Below are positions 1-9,441 of a DNA stretch of 44,818 bases, piece by piece (position 1 is the stretch's first letter; the number at the start of each line of letters is the position of its first letter). Made by a program: the position numbers and the translations under genes. A model generated the notes under the pieces. It saw only the letters and a program-made list of their open reading frames with translations, searched no databases and was not told the origin of the DNA. This DNA is from a bacterium. Its GTDB lineage: Bacteria; Bacillota; Clostridia; Peptostreptococcales; Anaerovoracaceae. The stretch spans positions 1-44,818 of the forward strand of contig CAVGAH010000001.1 of assembly GCA_963627215.1 (NCBI GenBank), written 5' to 3'.

Positions 1-26
1 CAAAAATAAAGCCCCTGCTGTTTTTA

Positions 27-311
27 TCAGCAAGAGCTTGAGAGATAACAACTTCTCGACAACATGGCGAGAAGTTGTTCTGCCGCAATTTGCGGCAGAC
101 CAAATGGCGTCAGGAAGAACGCAGCAACCAATCCGGCAACACCGCTTGCAGTTCTGCCGTCGATAATGATGCAGATGGCTCCCAGTGCAGTTCCAATGGC
201 AATGAAATTCAGTACAACAGCGGATATCTCCACGCTCTTCGTAGCAATCCAGATGAGAATGGTCAGCAGTGCAAAGACCGGCGCAAGCAGGATTCTGAGT
301 AATATCTTCAT
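27..311 (-). CDS. hypothetical small integral membrane protein (94 aa)
   Basis: ATG ORF with about three hydrophobic helices (LLAPVFALLTILIWIA, AVVLNFIAIGTALGAICIII, GLVAAFFLTPFGL). Its ATG overlaps the TGA of a possible upstream small ORF (ATGA). No family recognised. Confidence 0.5.
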   Translation of the reverse strand: MKILLRILLAPVFALLTILIWIATKSVEISAVVLNFIAIGTALGAICIIIDGRTASGVAGLVAAFFLTPFGLPQIAAEQLLAMLSRSCYLSSSC

Positions 312-469
312 AAGCGAGACCTCCTTCGTTTTTTTTCAAGTTCTTCATCAGTCTTTTTTGCTTCCATTTGCCGCAAATAGACTAAATAAGCATCTACCTT
401 ATCAAGATCCACAATGCTTGTTTTCCTTATAGGAAGATTAGCGCCTGCCTCTTTTTCTGTCTTCTTCAC
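308..469 (-). CDS. possible small basic protein (53 aa, GTG start) coupled to the downstream membrane ORF
   Basis: Open frame VKKTEKEAGANLPIRKTSIVDLDKVDAYLVYLRQMEAKKTDEELEKKRRRSRL ends in ATGA overlap with the 27..311 ORF. It is below the ORF-track cutoff, and the only SD (AAAGGAG) lies 16 nt upstream of the GTG. Confidence 0.2.
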   Translation of the reverse strand: MKKTEKEAGANLPIRKTSIVDLDKVDAYLVYLRQMEAKKTDEELEKKRRRSRL

Positions 470-525
470 TTGCCATGATGATCATCTCCTTTAAATTGTT
501 TTTCCACTCGCACAGTAAATAAACG

Positions 526-566
526 CAAAAAAAGGACACTCACTGGCTTTCACCTGTAAGTGTCCT
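526..566 (-). terminator. intrinsic terminator (minus strand)
   Basis: 8-bp stem AGGACACT(533-540)/AGTGTCCT(559-566). On the minus strand it is followed by a run of 7 U (complement of the A-run 527-533). Confidence 0.7.
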
Positions 567-830
567 ACATACCTGAAGTCTATCCTTCAGATTCCTATTA
601 AATTTATCTACTGACCACAAAATTGATACACTAAAAATCACTATATTTAGTGACTCTCTTGAACAAAATTGAGGCCCTTTCAAGTGGTAAAAAACGATTT
701 ATAGATGAACATCGCTTTTACCGAATCAGTTTATCCGGTGTTATATTAGTTTATCTAGTACCACCAAAATCGAGGTCGAACCACATCACTGTGGTCATCA
801 TTTTCGCCCCTATAAAAGGCTTAAAAATGA
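567..830 (-). ncRNA. candidate structured non-coding RNA or long structured lysS 3' UTR (unclassified)
   Basis: About 270 nt with no credible ORF between the lysS stop (842) and the terminator at 526-566. Local hairpins: 573-578/585-590, 638-643/648-653, 658-663/679-684, and 686-692/716-722 extended by 695-698/711-714. A long-range 8-bp pairing joins TGACCACA(612-619) and TGTGGTCA(790-797). Strand is assigned only from the terminator orientation. Confidence 0.3.
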
Positions 831-841
831 CTTAACACCCT

Positions 842-2317
842 TTATTTTGTGGTGGACTTAAGTGTCGGGAAGAGGAGGACGTCTCTTATGCTCGGTGAGT
901 TAGTCAGGAGCATTACGAGACGGTCTATACCGTAGCCTATACCGCCTGTAGGAGGCATACCGATCTCGAGCGCGTTGAGGAAGTCTTCATCTGTAGTGTT
1001 GGCTTCGTCGTCGCCGGCTGCGAGAGCTGCTTCCTGAGCCTTGAATCTTTCTCTCTGGTCGATAGGGTCATTGAGCTCTGAATAAGCGTTAGCCATTTCA
1101 CGACCGTAGATAAAGAGCTCGAAACGCTCTACCTGTTCGGGGTTAGAAGGCTTCTTCTTTGTGAGCGGAGATATTTCCAGCGGATGATCCATTATAAATG
1201 TAGGCTGGATGAGCTTTTCTTCAACGAATTCTTCGAAGAAGAGGTTCAGGATGTCGCCGCGGAGGTGGCGTTCCTCGTACTCAACGTGCTTTTCGTCAGC
1301 AGCCTTTCTTGCATCCTCGAGAGTGTGGATCTCATTAAAGTCTACACCTGCGTATTCCTTTATAGCATCTATCATAGTCAGTCTTCTGAACGGCTTGCCG
1401 AGGTCTATCTCTACGTCCTCATAAGGGATGACAGTGCTTCCGCATACAGTCTGAGCGAGGTGACGGAACATTTCCTCTGTGAGGTCCATCATGTCGTTGT
1501 AGTCAGCGTATGCCTGATAGAGCTCCATAAGAGTGAACTCAGGGTTGTGTCTTGTGTCAACGCCCTCGTTTCTGAATACTCTGCCAATCTCGTAAACTCT
1601 TTCAAGTCCGCCTACGATAAGTCTCTTAAGATACAGCTCAAGAGATATTCTGAGCTTTACGTCCTCGTCGAGAGCATTGTAATGAGTTTCGAAAGGACGG
1701 GCAGCGGCGCCGCCTGCATTGTGAACGAGCATAGGAGTTTCTACTTCCATGAAATCCTTGCCGTCGAGGAACTTTCTTATCTCGCTGATTATCTTGCTGC
1801 GCGCGATAAATGTCTTCTTTACGTCAGCATTCATGATAAGGTCTGTATATCTCTGACGATATCTTGTGTCAGTATTTGTAAGTCCGTGCCACTTTTCAGG
1901 GAGTATCTGAAGGCTCTTTGACAGGAGCGTTACCTTTTCTGCATGAACAGATATCTCGCCTGTCTTAGTCTTAAATACGTAACCCTCGATGCCTACGATA
2001 TCTCCGACATCTAACTTCTTGAAGTCAGCGTATTCGTCAGTCCCGATGCTGTCACGCGCAACGTACACCTGAATGTTGCCCGGCTTGTCCTGCACATTGC
2101 AGAATGAAGCCTTACCCATTACTCTCTTTGACATCATGCGGCCTGCTATAGCTACATGCTTTTCTTCGAGCTCTTCAAAATTATCCTTGATATCTGTGCT
2201 GTGGTGAGTTACAGCGAACTTTGTTATCTGGAACGGATCCTTTCCTGCTTCCTGCAGCGCAGCGAGCTTTTCGCGTCTTATCTGCAGGAGCTGGTTTAAA
2301 TTCTGTTCTTCAGCCAT
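842..2317 (-). CDS. lysS: lysine--tRNA ligase, class II
   Basis: 491-aa ORF with an N-terminal OB anticodon-binding domain and a class II catalytic core ([19 protein letters not shown]). ATG is preceded by AGGAGA. Confidence 0.97.
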   Translation of the reverse strand: MAEEQNLNQLLQIRREKLAALQEAGKDPFQITKFAVTHHSTDIKDNFEELEEKHVAIAGRMMSKRVMGKASFCNVQDKPGNIQVYVARDSIGTDEYADFKKLDVGDIVGIEGYVFKTKTGEISVHAEKVTLLSKSLQILPEKWHGLTNTDTRYRQRYTDLIMNADVKKTFIARSKIISEIRKFLDGKDFMEVETPMLVHNAGGAAARPFETHYNALDEDVKLRISLELYLKRLIVGGLERVYEIGRVFRNEGVDTRHNPEFTLMELYQAYADYNDMMDLTEEMFRHLAQTVCGSTVIPYEDVEIDLGKPFRRLTMIDAIKEYAGVDFNEIHTLEDARKAADEKHVEYEERHLRGDILNLFFEEFVEEKLIQPTFIMDHPLEISPLTKKKPSNPEQVERFELFIYGREMANAYSELNDPIDQRERFKAQEAALAAGDDEANTTDEDFLNALEIGMPPTGGIGYGIDRLVMLLTNSPSIRDVLLFPTLKSTTK

Positions 2318-2348
2318 TTATTTATTCTCCTGTCTGTAAAATTTATTT

Positions 2349-2378
2349 ATAATATGTAAATTTTTTAATTTTATTCAA
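2349..2378 (-). promoter_or_regulatory. putative sigma-A promoter for lysS
   Basis: On the minus strand: TTGAAT (2378-2373), 18-nt spacer, TATTAT (2354-2349). It lies about 30 nt upstream of the lysS ATG. No T-box or L-box is visible. Confidence 0.4.
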
Positions 2379-2401
2379 ATTCTGTCTGAATGTTCCCATT
2401 C

Positions 2402-2426
2402 AAAACTGAAGCGGCCTCTCGGCCGC
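2402..2426 (-). terminator. intrinsic terminator after greA
   Basis: Minus-strand GCGGCC-GAGA-GGCCGC hairpin followed by UUCAGUUUU, 8 nt downstream of the greA stop. Confidence 0.6.
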
Positions 2427-2433
2427 CCTTAAA

Positions 2434-2913
2434 TTATTCTCTTGTTATCTCAAGTACCTTAAGTGTAACTACTCCGTCAGGTATCTCTATCTGAGCTTCT
2501 TCGTCGATGCCTACGCCGATAAGGCCTCTGCCTATTGCTGATTCGTTTGAGATTATTCCTGCGAGTGGGTCTGCTTCGTTTGAACCTGCGATCTTGTATG
2601 TTTCAACATCGCCTGATTCCATGTACATTACCTTAACCGTGTGACCGAGGTTTACTCTGTCAGAAGTTATCTCTGATTCGTCGAGGATCCTTGCATTACG
2701 TATCATAGTTTCGAGCTTCATGATACGCTCTTCGAGTTCAGCCTGCTCGTTCTTCGCTGCATCGTATTCAGCGTTTTCTGAAAGGTCTCCGTAAGAGATA
2801 GCTTCCTTCAGACGTTCAGCGACCTCCAGTCTTCTGACTGCTGTAAGTTCTTCATGTTCAGCAACTAATTTGTCATACCCTTTCTGGGTAACTATCATTT
2901 CATCCTTAGCCAT
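2434..2913 (-). CDS. greA: transcription elongation factor GreA
   Basis: 159 aa with the GreA N-terminal coiled coil (SENAEYDAAKNEQAELE) and a C-terminal globular domain. Confidence 0.95.
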   Translation of the reverse strand: MAKDEMIVTQKGYDKLVAEHEELTAVRRLEVAERLKEAISYGDLSENAEYDAAKNEQAELEERIMKLETMIRNARILDESEITSDRVNLGHTVKVMYMESGDVETYKIAGSNEADPLAGIISNESAIGRGLIGVGIDEEAQIEIPDGVVTLKVLEITRE

Positions 2914-2937
2914 TTCTTTACCTGTTTCCTTTCTATT

Positions 2938-3903
2938 TTATAACTGTTCGAGCCTGTCTATCGCCTTATATATCTCATCGGCGCTTTCAAGCTCGTTTAT
3001 TGACCTTCTGAGCGATGTTGCTCCGTGCATTCCCTTTATATACCAGCCTATGTGCTTTCTCATAAGCCTTACCGCTACGTATTCGCCTTTTTCCTCGAGC
3101 ATGAGCCCGAAATGCTTTCTGACGACAGCGAGTTTTTCTGAGGTAGTAGGAATATAGTCTGCACCTTCGTTTAAAGATTTAAATATCCATGGATTTCCGA
3201 GTGCGCCGCGCGCTATCATTACTGCATCGCAGCCTGTTTCCTCAAACATGGAACGGCAGCTTTCAGAGTCAAATATATCACCGTTTCCTATTACTGGGAT
3301 GCTCACTGCTTCCTTTACGGCGCGTATGATGCTCCTGTCAGCCGTACCGCTGTACATCTGCGCTCTCGTGCGCCCGTGGACGCATAGCGCGGAAGCGCCT
3401 GCGGCTTCTATACGCTTTGCATTTTCTACGGCATTTATCGAGTCATCATCCCAGCCTGTTCTTATCTTTACAGTGACAGGCTTCCTTGCCTTGAGTACTA
3501 CCGCTTCGACTACTTTTGATATCTGCTCCGGCGTTTTCAGCAGAGCGGAGCCGTCGCCGCCTTTAACTACCTTTGGCACGGGGCAGCCCATGTTTATGTC
3601 TATCATGCAGTTCTTTCTGTCTGAAAGAGCGTCTGCGGCATAAGCCATAGCGCCCGGGTCGGAGCCGAATATCTGATATACTACAGGTAGCTCGTCATCG
3701 TATATCGTAAGCAGCTTTTCAGTGACCTTATCGTTGTAATAAAGTCCTTTTGCGCTTATCATTTCCGAATAAACTGCGCCCGCGCCGAAGCTGCTGCATA
3801 TGCGCCTGAACGGCGCATCTGTTATGCCTGCCAGAGGCGCAAGAAAATACGGGTTATCAAACGTGATGCCGCCTATAGTCACAGTCTTTGGAATATTAAT
3901 CAT
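2938..3903 (-). CDS. dusB: tRNA-dihydrouridine synthase
   Basis: 321 aa Dus-family TIM barrel ([26 protein letters not shown]). Its position between coaX and lysS matches the Bacillus arrangement. Confidence 0.93.
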   Translation of the reverse strand: MINIPKTVTIGGITFDNPYFLAPLAGITDAPFRRICSSFGAGAVYSEMISAKGLYYNDKVTEKLLTIYDDELPVVYQIFGSDPGAMAYAADALSDRKNCMIDINMGCPVPKVVKGGDGSALLKTPEQISKVVEAVVLKARKPVTVKIRTGWDDDSINAVENAKRIEAAGASALCVHGRTRAQMYSGTADRSIIRAVKEAVSIPVIGNGDIFDSESCRSMFEETGCDAVMIARGALGNPWIFKSLNEGADYIPTTSEKLAVVRKHFGLMLEEKGEYVAVRLMRKHIGWYIKGMHGATSLRRSINELESADEIYKAIDRLEQL

Positions 3904-4744
3904 TTTCTGCTCGCATCTCTATATTTTCGCGGCTTGAATTATTTCTGTTTCCGAAATTATTTTTATTCTTTTCGTATATCATCTGAAGGCCTTCGAGAGT
4001 CAGAAGTCTGTCAACGTGATCTATAGAATCTACGCCACGCGAGATCATAGTGGCAAGACCGCCTGTAGCTACTACAGTTACAGAATTTGGGTCACCGCCT
4101 GTCATGTTGTGATATTCTTCCTTCATCTTTCTGATTATATAATCAGCTACGCCCATGTGACCGTATACAAGACCTGACTGCATGCTTTCGATAGTATTGC
4201 GGCAGATCACATGACCCGGCTCTATGAGCTCTACTCTTGGCAGCTTTGCTGTCTTTTCGAAGAGCGCGTCAGATGAGATCTTTATACCCGGGGCTATCGT
4301 GCCGCCGATGTATTCGCACTTTTCTGTTATGCAGCAGAATGTCGTAGCCGTTCCGAAATCTATAACGATAAGCGGACCGCCGTACTTGTGATACGCTGCA
4401 ACAGCGTTTACTATTCTGTCTGCGCCTACCTGCTTCGGGTTGTCATACTTTATGACCATGCCTGTTTTTATTCCCGGGCCTACTTCTATGGCGCGGATAT
4501 TGAAATATTTTATCGAAAGATGCTGTAGTGTGTAGGATATCGACGGAACTACCGTAGATATTATTACATCCTTAACGTCTGCAGTATCCAAGTCGTGATA
4601 CTTGAAGAGCTGATTGATAAGCATTCCGTACTCGTCGGCGCTCTTGTCCTTGTCAGTCTCCATCCTCCAGTTCTGAATAAGCTTTTTTCCCTTGAATACT
4701 CCCAGTACGATGTTTGTATTTCCTACATCAAATGCCAGTAACAT
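3896..4744 (-). CDS. coaX: type III pantothenate kinase
   Basis: 282 aa starting [11 protein letters not shown], with GADR and ATGG motifs of CoaX/ASKHA kinases. The 3' end overlaps the dusB start by 8 nt. It has an extra Asn/Arg-rich C-terminal tail of about 25 aa. Confidence 0.93.
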   Translation of the reverse strand: MLLAFDVGNTNIVLGVFKGKKLIQNWRMETDKDKSADEYGMLINQLFKYHDLDTADVKDVIISTVVPSISYTLQHLSIKYFNIRAIEVGPGIKTGMVIKYDNPKQVGADRIVNAVAAYHKYGGPLIVIDFGTATTFCCITEKCEYIGGTIAPGIKISSDALFEKTAKLPRVELIEPGHVICRNTIESMQSGLVYGHMGVADYIIRKMKEEYHNMTGGDPNSVTVVATGGLATMISRGVDSIDHVDRLLTLEGLQMIYEKNKNNFGNRNNSSRENIEMRAEND

Positions 4745-4811
4745 ATTTTTCCTCCTTACCCTGCGTACTTCAATCTGACACGCTAAGGTAGTTTAATATT
4801 GTGTTTATTAT

Positions 4812-6905
4812 TTATTTATTATTACCGTTTTTATCGCTGTCCGTTTTCTGTACGTCCTCCGGCTTTCCGGCAGCATTTGTGTTGTTTGTACCGTTTCTGT
4901 GTTCAAACACTATATCTTCAGGCTTAAGATGCTCAAGACGCTTTAAAAGCTCATCCTGATGCTTTGCCTCTGCTTCCTGCTTTTTGCGCTGTTCAGCTTC
5001 TTCCTTTTCGGCTATCTCACGCTGGCGGGCTATTCTGTCAGCCTTTTCACTTGCTGCAGCTCTTGCCTCGCTCACTATCTCCTCACGTGACTTTTCGCCT
5101 GTATAGAGCTGTTCGAACTGTTCTGCGTTCAGCGTCTCTATATCGAGAAGAGTCTCTGCTATGAGAGTGAGCTTATCCATGTTGGCTTTCAGGAGCTCTT
5201 CAGCCTTTGCATAAGCAGTATCTATGAGCTTCTTTACTTCCTCGTCTATTACAGCTGCAGTCGCTTCAGAGAGGTTCTTGCGCGATGTGAAATCCTTGCC
5301 GAGGAATACTTCATCGGAATCGCTGTAATTTACAGTACCGATGCGTTCGCTCATACCGTACTTCGCAACCATGCTGCGCGCGATAGAAGTTGCTCTCTCT
5401 ATATCGTTGCTCGCGCCTGTGCTTATATCGTCGAGAACGAGCGCTTCAGCGACACGTCCACCTAGTAAGTGGATAAGCGAGCTTTCCATTCTCTTTTTAG
5501 ATTCGAACGATCTGTCCTCAGTCGGCAGGAACATCGTCATACCGCCTGCCATTCCTCTAGGTACTATAGTTACCTGATGAACAGGGTCGGAATTCGGAAG
5601 GTTTCTGATAAGGACTGCGTGACCGGCCTCGTGATAAGCAGTGAGCTTTCTCTCAGCCTCGGTAACAGTACGGCTCTTCTTTGCAGGACCTGCCATTACC
5701 TTAGTTATAGCTTCCTCTACTTCTTCCATCGTTATAGCCTTGCCCTCGCGTCTTGCAGTGAGGAGCGCTGCTTCATTCAGAACATTTTCTATATCAGCCG
5801 GTGAGAAGCCCGGTGTCATGCGCGCAAGAACGTCAGGCTTGACAGAAGGGTCGAGCGGCTTATTCTTTGAATGAACGCGGAATATCTCTTCTCTGCCTGC
5901 AACGTCAGGAAGTCCGATAACTATCTGACGGTCGAATCGGCCCGGTCTGAGCAGCGCAGGGTCGAGAACATCAGGGCGGTTAGTTGCAGCAAACACGATA
6001 ACGCCCTCGTTAAGGCCGAAGCCGTCCATCTCTACGAGCATCTGGTTGAGCGTCTGCTCGCGCTCGTCATGACCGCCGCCGAGACCTGCTCCTCTGCGTC
6101 TGCCGACAGCATCTATTTCATCTATGAATATGATGCTCGGCGCGTTTTTCTTTGCCTGGTCAAATAAGTCTCTTACTCTTGAAGCACCGACGCCGACGAA
6201 CATTTCAACGAAATCAGAACCTGAAATGCTGTAGAACGGAACGCCTGCTTCGCCTGAAACAGCCTTTGTAACGTAAGTCTTACCTGTTCCCGGAGGTCCT
6301 ACGAGCAGAACGCCCTTAGGTATACGTGCTCCGAGCTCTGTGTATTTCTTTGGCTTCTTGAGGAAGTCAACTATTTCCTGAAGCTCTTCCTTTTCTTCCT
6401 TAAGTCCGGCAACATCATCAAATGTGACCTTCTTGCCGTCGTCCTTGTAAAGCTTCGCCTTGCTGCGACCGAACGACATCGCTTTGCCGCCGCCCTGCGC
6501 GGAATTCATGAAAAATACCCATATTCCCACAAAGATAACTATAGTTATCATATAAGGAAGCATGGTAATGTACCACGGTGTTACCTTCGGCTTTTCACTC
6601 GTAACAACGAGAGTGCCTGCGTCTACCTGCGGCATGATGTATTCACTGTTCACCGACATGAGCTGTATGCTTGACGGTGCATAAGCATGAATCTTTGAGC
6701 CATCCTTAAGCGTTCCGTCCATACTTGTATCTATCAGTGTCAGCTCCGTTACGTCGCCCTTCTGGAGCTCAGTCACGAATTCTGAAAATTCTACTTCTTT
6801 AATTTCCGGCTCTGCCTGTGTCTGAGTGTACATGTATGCCATGCCGATAACGACAAGGAATATCAACGCATAAACTAACAGAGTCCTGTACCATTTACTC
6901 TTCAA
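4812..6905 (-). CDS. ftsH: ATP-dependent zinc metalloprotease FtsH
   Basis: TTG start with AGGAGG 6 nt upstream. Two N-terminal TM helices, Walker A GPPGTGKT, Walker B IIFIDEID, zinc site HEAGHA, and a long Lys/Glu-rich C-terminal tail. Confidence 0.97.
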   Translation of the reverse strand: MKSKWYRTLLVYALIFLVVIGMAYMYTQTQAEPEIKEVEFSEFVTELQKGDVTELTLIDTSMDGTLKDGSKIHAYAPSSIQLMSVNSEYIMPQVDAGTLVVTSEKPKVTPWYITMLPYMITIVIFVGIWVFFMNSAQGGGKAMSFGRSKAKLYKDDGKKVTFDDVAGLKEEKEELQEIVDFLKKPKKYTELGARIPKGVLLVGPPGTGKTYVTKAVSGEAGVPFYSISGSDFVEMFVGVGASRVRDLFDQAKKNAPSIIFIDEIDAVGRRRGAGLGGGHDEREQTLNQMLVEMDGFGLNEGVIVFAATNRPDVLDPALLRPGRFDRQIVIGLPDVAGREEIFRVHSKNKPLDPSVKPDVLARMTPGFSPADIENVLNEAALLTARREGKAITMEEVEEAITKVMAGPAKKSRTVTEAERKLTAYHEAGHAVLIRNLPNSDPVHQVTIVPRGMAGGMTMFLPTEDRSFESKKRMESSLIHLLGGRVAEALVLDDISTGASNDIERATSIARSMVAKYGMSERIGTVNYSDSDEVFLGKDFTSRKNLSEATAAVIDEEVKKLIDTAYAKAEELLKANMDKLTLIAETLLDIETLNAEQFEQLYTGEKSREEIVSEARAAASEKADRIARQREIAEKEEAEQRKKQEAEAKHQDELLKRLEHLKPEDIVFEHRNGTNNTNAAGKPEDVQKTDSDKNGNNK

Positions 6906-6981
6906 TTCAGACCTCCTTTGAAATGGATCTTTATACCAGGTCGCAAATGCCCAGTATCATTGTATTCTAACACAGAGGTAT

Positions 6982-8550
6982 TCAATATTCAATAGAAAGA
7001 ATCAGCTTAGTACCGGCATTTACGGGGCATTCTGACGACACCTCACGTCCTGCTGCTATCACCCTTCCGCCGGACACTATGAGCAGGACGTCGTCTCGCA
7101 TGTGTTTCGGTATCCTGCGGTCTACAAAGTAGTCCTGGAGCTTCTTTGAGCCATTCATTCCTATAGGGCTTATTCTGTCGCCCGGCATCCTGTTCCTTAT
7201 TACTACGTGTTCTTTTTCTTTTATAAGGTCAAAGTCTAAATGCAGTAATACGCTCCGTTGGGCTGCGCCCTGGACGCCTGCGGGCGTCATTTTGCCGCGG
7301 CCGCCCTTTGTGTATGCTGCAAGCTCTGATGCGGCCGCGGTGGCGGGCGCGACGTGCATCTTTATCTCGCGCCCGCGGAATATGATCGAGGCGCTGCCCG
7401 TCTTTTCGAGCTGCGGGACGGGGAGCGCTACAGCGCCAGCGAATCGCTCCGCGCGCCTGAGTACCCAAAGCTTCCCATAAGAAACGCGCGCATAAAACCC
7501 GTCGGTCAGATCCGTTTCCTTACCCTCTGCGCCGACCTCAGCCAGGCGCAGCGCCGATTCAAGATTAACGGCGCTCATATTCTGCTCCATACCGGCGCGC
7601 GAAGCGCACAGCATGATAACGCGCTTCGCTACAGCTCTGTGAAGCTCCTCAAAGCCGTCCAGCCGCAGGCTGGACTCTTCATCATCCCATCTTGCCCGGT
7701 TCCATCTTGTTTGCGCGCGGGCGCGCCCGACGTCAGGCATTCCTGCATTCGTGCCGTCAGCGTCCGTTGCATCGTCTATAAGCGATCTACATTGCGTTAC
7801 TGGACCATCCGCAAACTCCAAAGCCGCCGACATTATAAAATCTTCATCCTCACGAGCCTGCGCGCTCAATCTTACAAGCGCATCTACGACATTAGGATTA
7901 AACTTTTCCTTCATCATCGGCAGCAGCTCCAGCCGTATCTTATTTCTCGTGTATATCGCTTCCTTATTTGTGCTGTCTATGCGCGGATGGAGTCCGTTTT
8001 CCTCGCAGTAACGCTCTATCTCATCACGCGACAGATCGAGCACCGGCCTTATCACGACTCTGTCAGCCCTGACAAAATCGATACCGGCAAGTCCTTTCAG
8101 ACCCGTACCGCGCATTATCCGCATGAGCAGTGTTTCAGCCTGATCGTTCCTGTTGTGTGCAACGGCTATCCTCGCTGCGCCTTTCTGCAGGCGTACTTTT
8201 TCAAATGCCCCATAACGCAAACGGCGCCCTGCTTCTTCCGTTCCCTCGCCATTCTCTGCGGCTATCTTATTTACATCGTATTTAAACGATATGAATTCAG
8301 CACCCATTGAGCCTGCCAGCTGACGGGCTGACTCCTCATCGCCGTCGCTTTCAGCGCCGCGCAGACCGTGATTTATATGCACAGCCGTTATGTCGCCTAT
8401 ATGCAGCTCAGCCTTCAGCGAGCACAGCGAATGAAAAAGGCAGACAGAATCAGGCCCGCCTGAAAGTCCTACGACAATACCGTCGCCCGGCTCTATCATA
8501 TTGTATTTTTTTATAGTATTTTTTATTTTTTCCAGAATATCCCGTTTCAT
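6982..8550 (-). CDS. tilS: tRNA(Ile)-lysidine synthetase
   Basis: PP-loop SGGPDS follows MKRDILEK, and the TilS C-terminal domain is present (MPGDRISPIGMNGSKKLQDYF). I chose the ATG at 8550 (AAGGAA upstream) over the GTG-initiated 45-codon extension to 8685. The middle third is visibly GC/Arg/Ala-rich. Confidence 0.9.
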   Translation of the reverse strand: MKRDILEKIKNTIKKYNMIEPGDGIVVGLSGGPDSVCLFHSLCSLKAELHIGDITAVHINHGLRGAESDGDEESARQLAGSMGAEFISFKYDVNKIAAENGEGTEEAGRRLRYGAFEKVRLQKGAARIAVAHNRNDQAETLLMRIMRGTGLKGLAGIDFVRADRVVIRPVLDLSRDEIERYCEENGLHPRIDSTNKEAIYTRNKIRLELLPMMKEKFNPNVVDALVRLSAQAREDEDFIMSAALEFADGPVTQCRSLIDDATDADGTNAGMPDVGRARAQTRWNRARWDDEESSLRLDGFEELHRAVAKRVIMLCASRAGMEQNMSAVNLESALRLAEVGAEGKETDLTDGFYARVSYGKLWVLRRAERFAGAVALPVPQLEKTGSASIIFRGREIKMHVAPATAAASELAAYTKGGRGKMTPAGVQGAAQRSVLLHLDFDLIKEKEHVVIRNRMPGDRISPIGMNGSKKLQDYFVDRRIPKHMRDDVLLIVSGGRVIAAGREVSSECPVNAGTKLILSIEY

Positions 8551-8751
8551 AGATATATAGTTCCTTACAAATTTCCAGTTTTGCCATTTATCCGTATCCT
8601 CATACGGGGGCATATCATGGCGCAAAATGACGCCGACAGACGCATTATGCTTTATAATGTCGGTAAATGTCAACAGAAAATGCACTTATTATGAATATTT
8701 TACAGTTAATATAGAAGATGCGAAAAGAAAGTACTTGCAAAGGAGGCCCAC

Positions 8752-9435
8752 ATGTTCTTTAAAAAAAATATTTTTACAGAAAAGCAGCCTGTCTACGGTG
8801 TGCTTACAGGCGCGTCCGGGCTGCCTAAAAATATAGGCATATCAGGTGATAATTACATGTGCCGAAGGCTTCCGGATTCAAGGTTTGCAGTTGCAGTTGC
8901 GGACGGAATGGGAACCGGCCGTGAAGCAGCTGAATGCAGCAGCTTCCTGCTCGACAGCCTTTACCAGCTCCTCAAGGTAGGCATAGACTACGATTCTATA
9001 ATAAATACACTTAACAAGGCGCTGCGCCTGCGCAGTAATGATGAAAATTTTTCTACTCTTGACCTTGCAATACTTGATCTTAACAACGGTACATGCCGTA
9101 TATACAAGTCGGGCGCCGCGCCCACGATCGTAGAACGGCGCGGTATGACGGGCATCATAAAGCTTCCGTGCGCTCCTTTAGGCATACTTGAGCGCCCGAC
9201 CTGCAGACATATAACATTTGAAATAGAGCACGGCGACCGTTATTTTTTCATGACGGACGGCGTGAGCGAAGCCATTCCTCCTGACGATGATCTGTACTGG
9301 GCTCGCCATCTCATACTCGACCATCCGGACGACAAGCCGAGACTCGTCGCCGAAAGGCTCATATGGGGCGCAACGCTACGCTACGGTCAGGAGGAACGTG
9401 ACGACATGACGGTCGTAGGACTTGAAATACTGTAG
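8752..9435 (+). CDS. SpoIIE-type PP2C serine phosphatase domain protein (stand-alone, 227 aa)
   Basis: AAAGGAGG lies 5 nt before the ATG. Motifs SGDNY...RFAVAVADGMGTG, FFMTDGVSE and ERDDMTVVGLEI match the catalytic Asp positions of the SpoIIE/PP2C fold. There is no N-terminal multi-TM region. Confidence 0.8.
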   Translation: MFFKKNIFTEKQPVYGVLTGASGLPKNIGISGDNYMCRRLPDSRFAVAVADGMGTGREAAECSSFLLDSLYQLLKVGIDYDSIINTLNKALRLRSNDENFSTLDLAILDLNNGTCRIYKSGAAPTIVERRGMTGIIKLPCAPLGILERPTCRHITFEIEHGDRYFFMTDGVSEAIPPDDDLYWARHLILDHPDDKPRLVAERLIWGATLRYGQEERDDMTVVGLEIL

Positions 9436-9441
9436 TTCGGT

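Noticed and set aside
740-830. tRNA, tmRNA or T-box-like fragments on the minus strand (GGTTCGA at about 775-781; GGTGGTAC at about 756-763; GGGGCGA at about 804-810)
   Set aside because: No cloverleaf, acceptor stem with CCA end, tag-peptide frame or T-box antiterminator/terminator arrangement can be built. The region is also downstream, not upstream, of the aminoacyl-tRNA synthetase gene.
650-835. 61-aa GTG-initiated plus-strand ORF in the lysS downstream region
   Set aside because: It has no SD, it is convergent into lysS, and its sequence is unremarkable. The region is better explained as structured non-coding sequence.
1184-1921. Long plus-strand ORFs antisense to well-supported minus-strand genes: 1184..1921, 7354..8310, 9817..10221, 14741..15109, 16041..16619, 16815..17381, 25505..26035, 30661..31155, 36581..37105, 37604..38143, 40168..40614, 41372..41815. 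Also 40940..41422, which is a minus-strand ORF antisense to the plus-strand gene 40860..41612.
   Set aside because: Each lies entirely within, and antisense to, a gene with clear family motifs. Their translations are low-complexity, Cys/Arg/Ser-rich or hydrophobic nonsense with no SD. They are typical shadow ORFs.
7229-7760. GC-rich segment inside tilS that might be an inserted element
   Set aside because: The reading frame is continuous and corresponds to the naturally variable middle (substrate-binding) domain of TilS. I see no repeats or target-site duplications flanking it. I note it only as a compositional peculiarity.
8551-8685. N-terminal extensions of several ORFs in the track: tilS to 8685, the TF paralog to 13375, dCMP deaminase to 19372, truA to 20226, yhgE to 27766, ecfA to 33462, aroC to 34925, AI-2E to 43019, DUF2889-like from 43288, and the small ORF to 44767
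   Set aside because: In each case an internal start has a much better SD and matches where the family N-terminus normally begins. The extensions are non-conserved-looking, often overlap the upstream gene or the SD itself, or use GTG without an SD.
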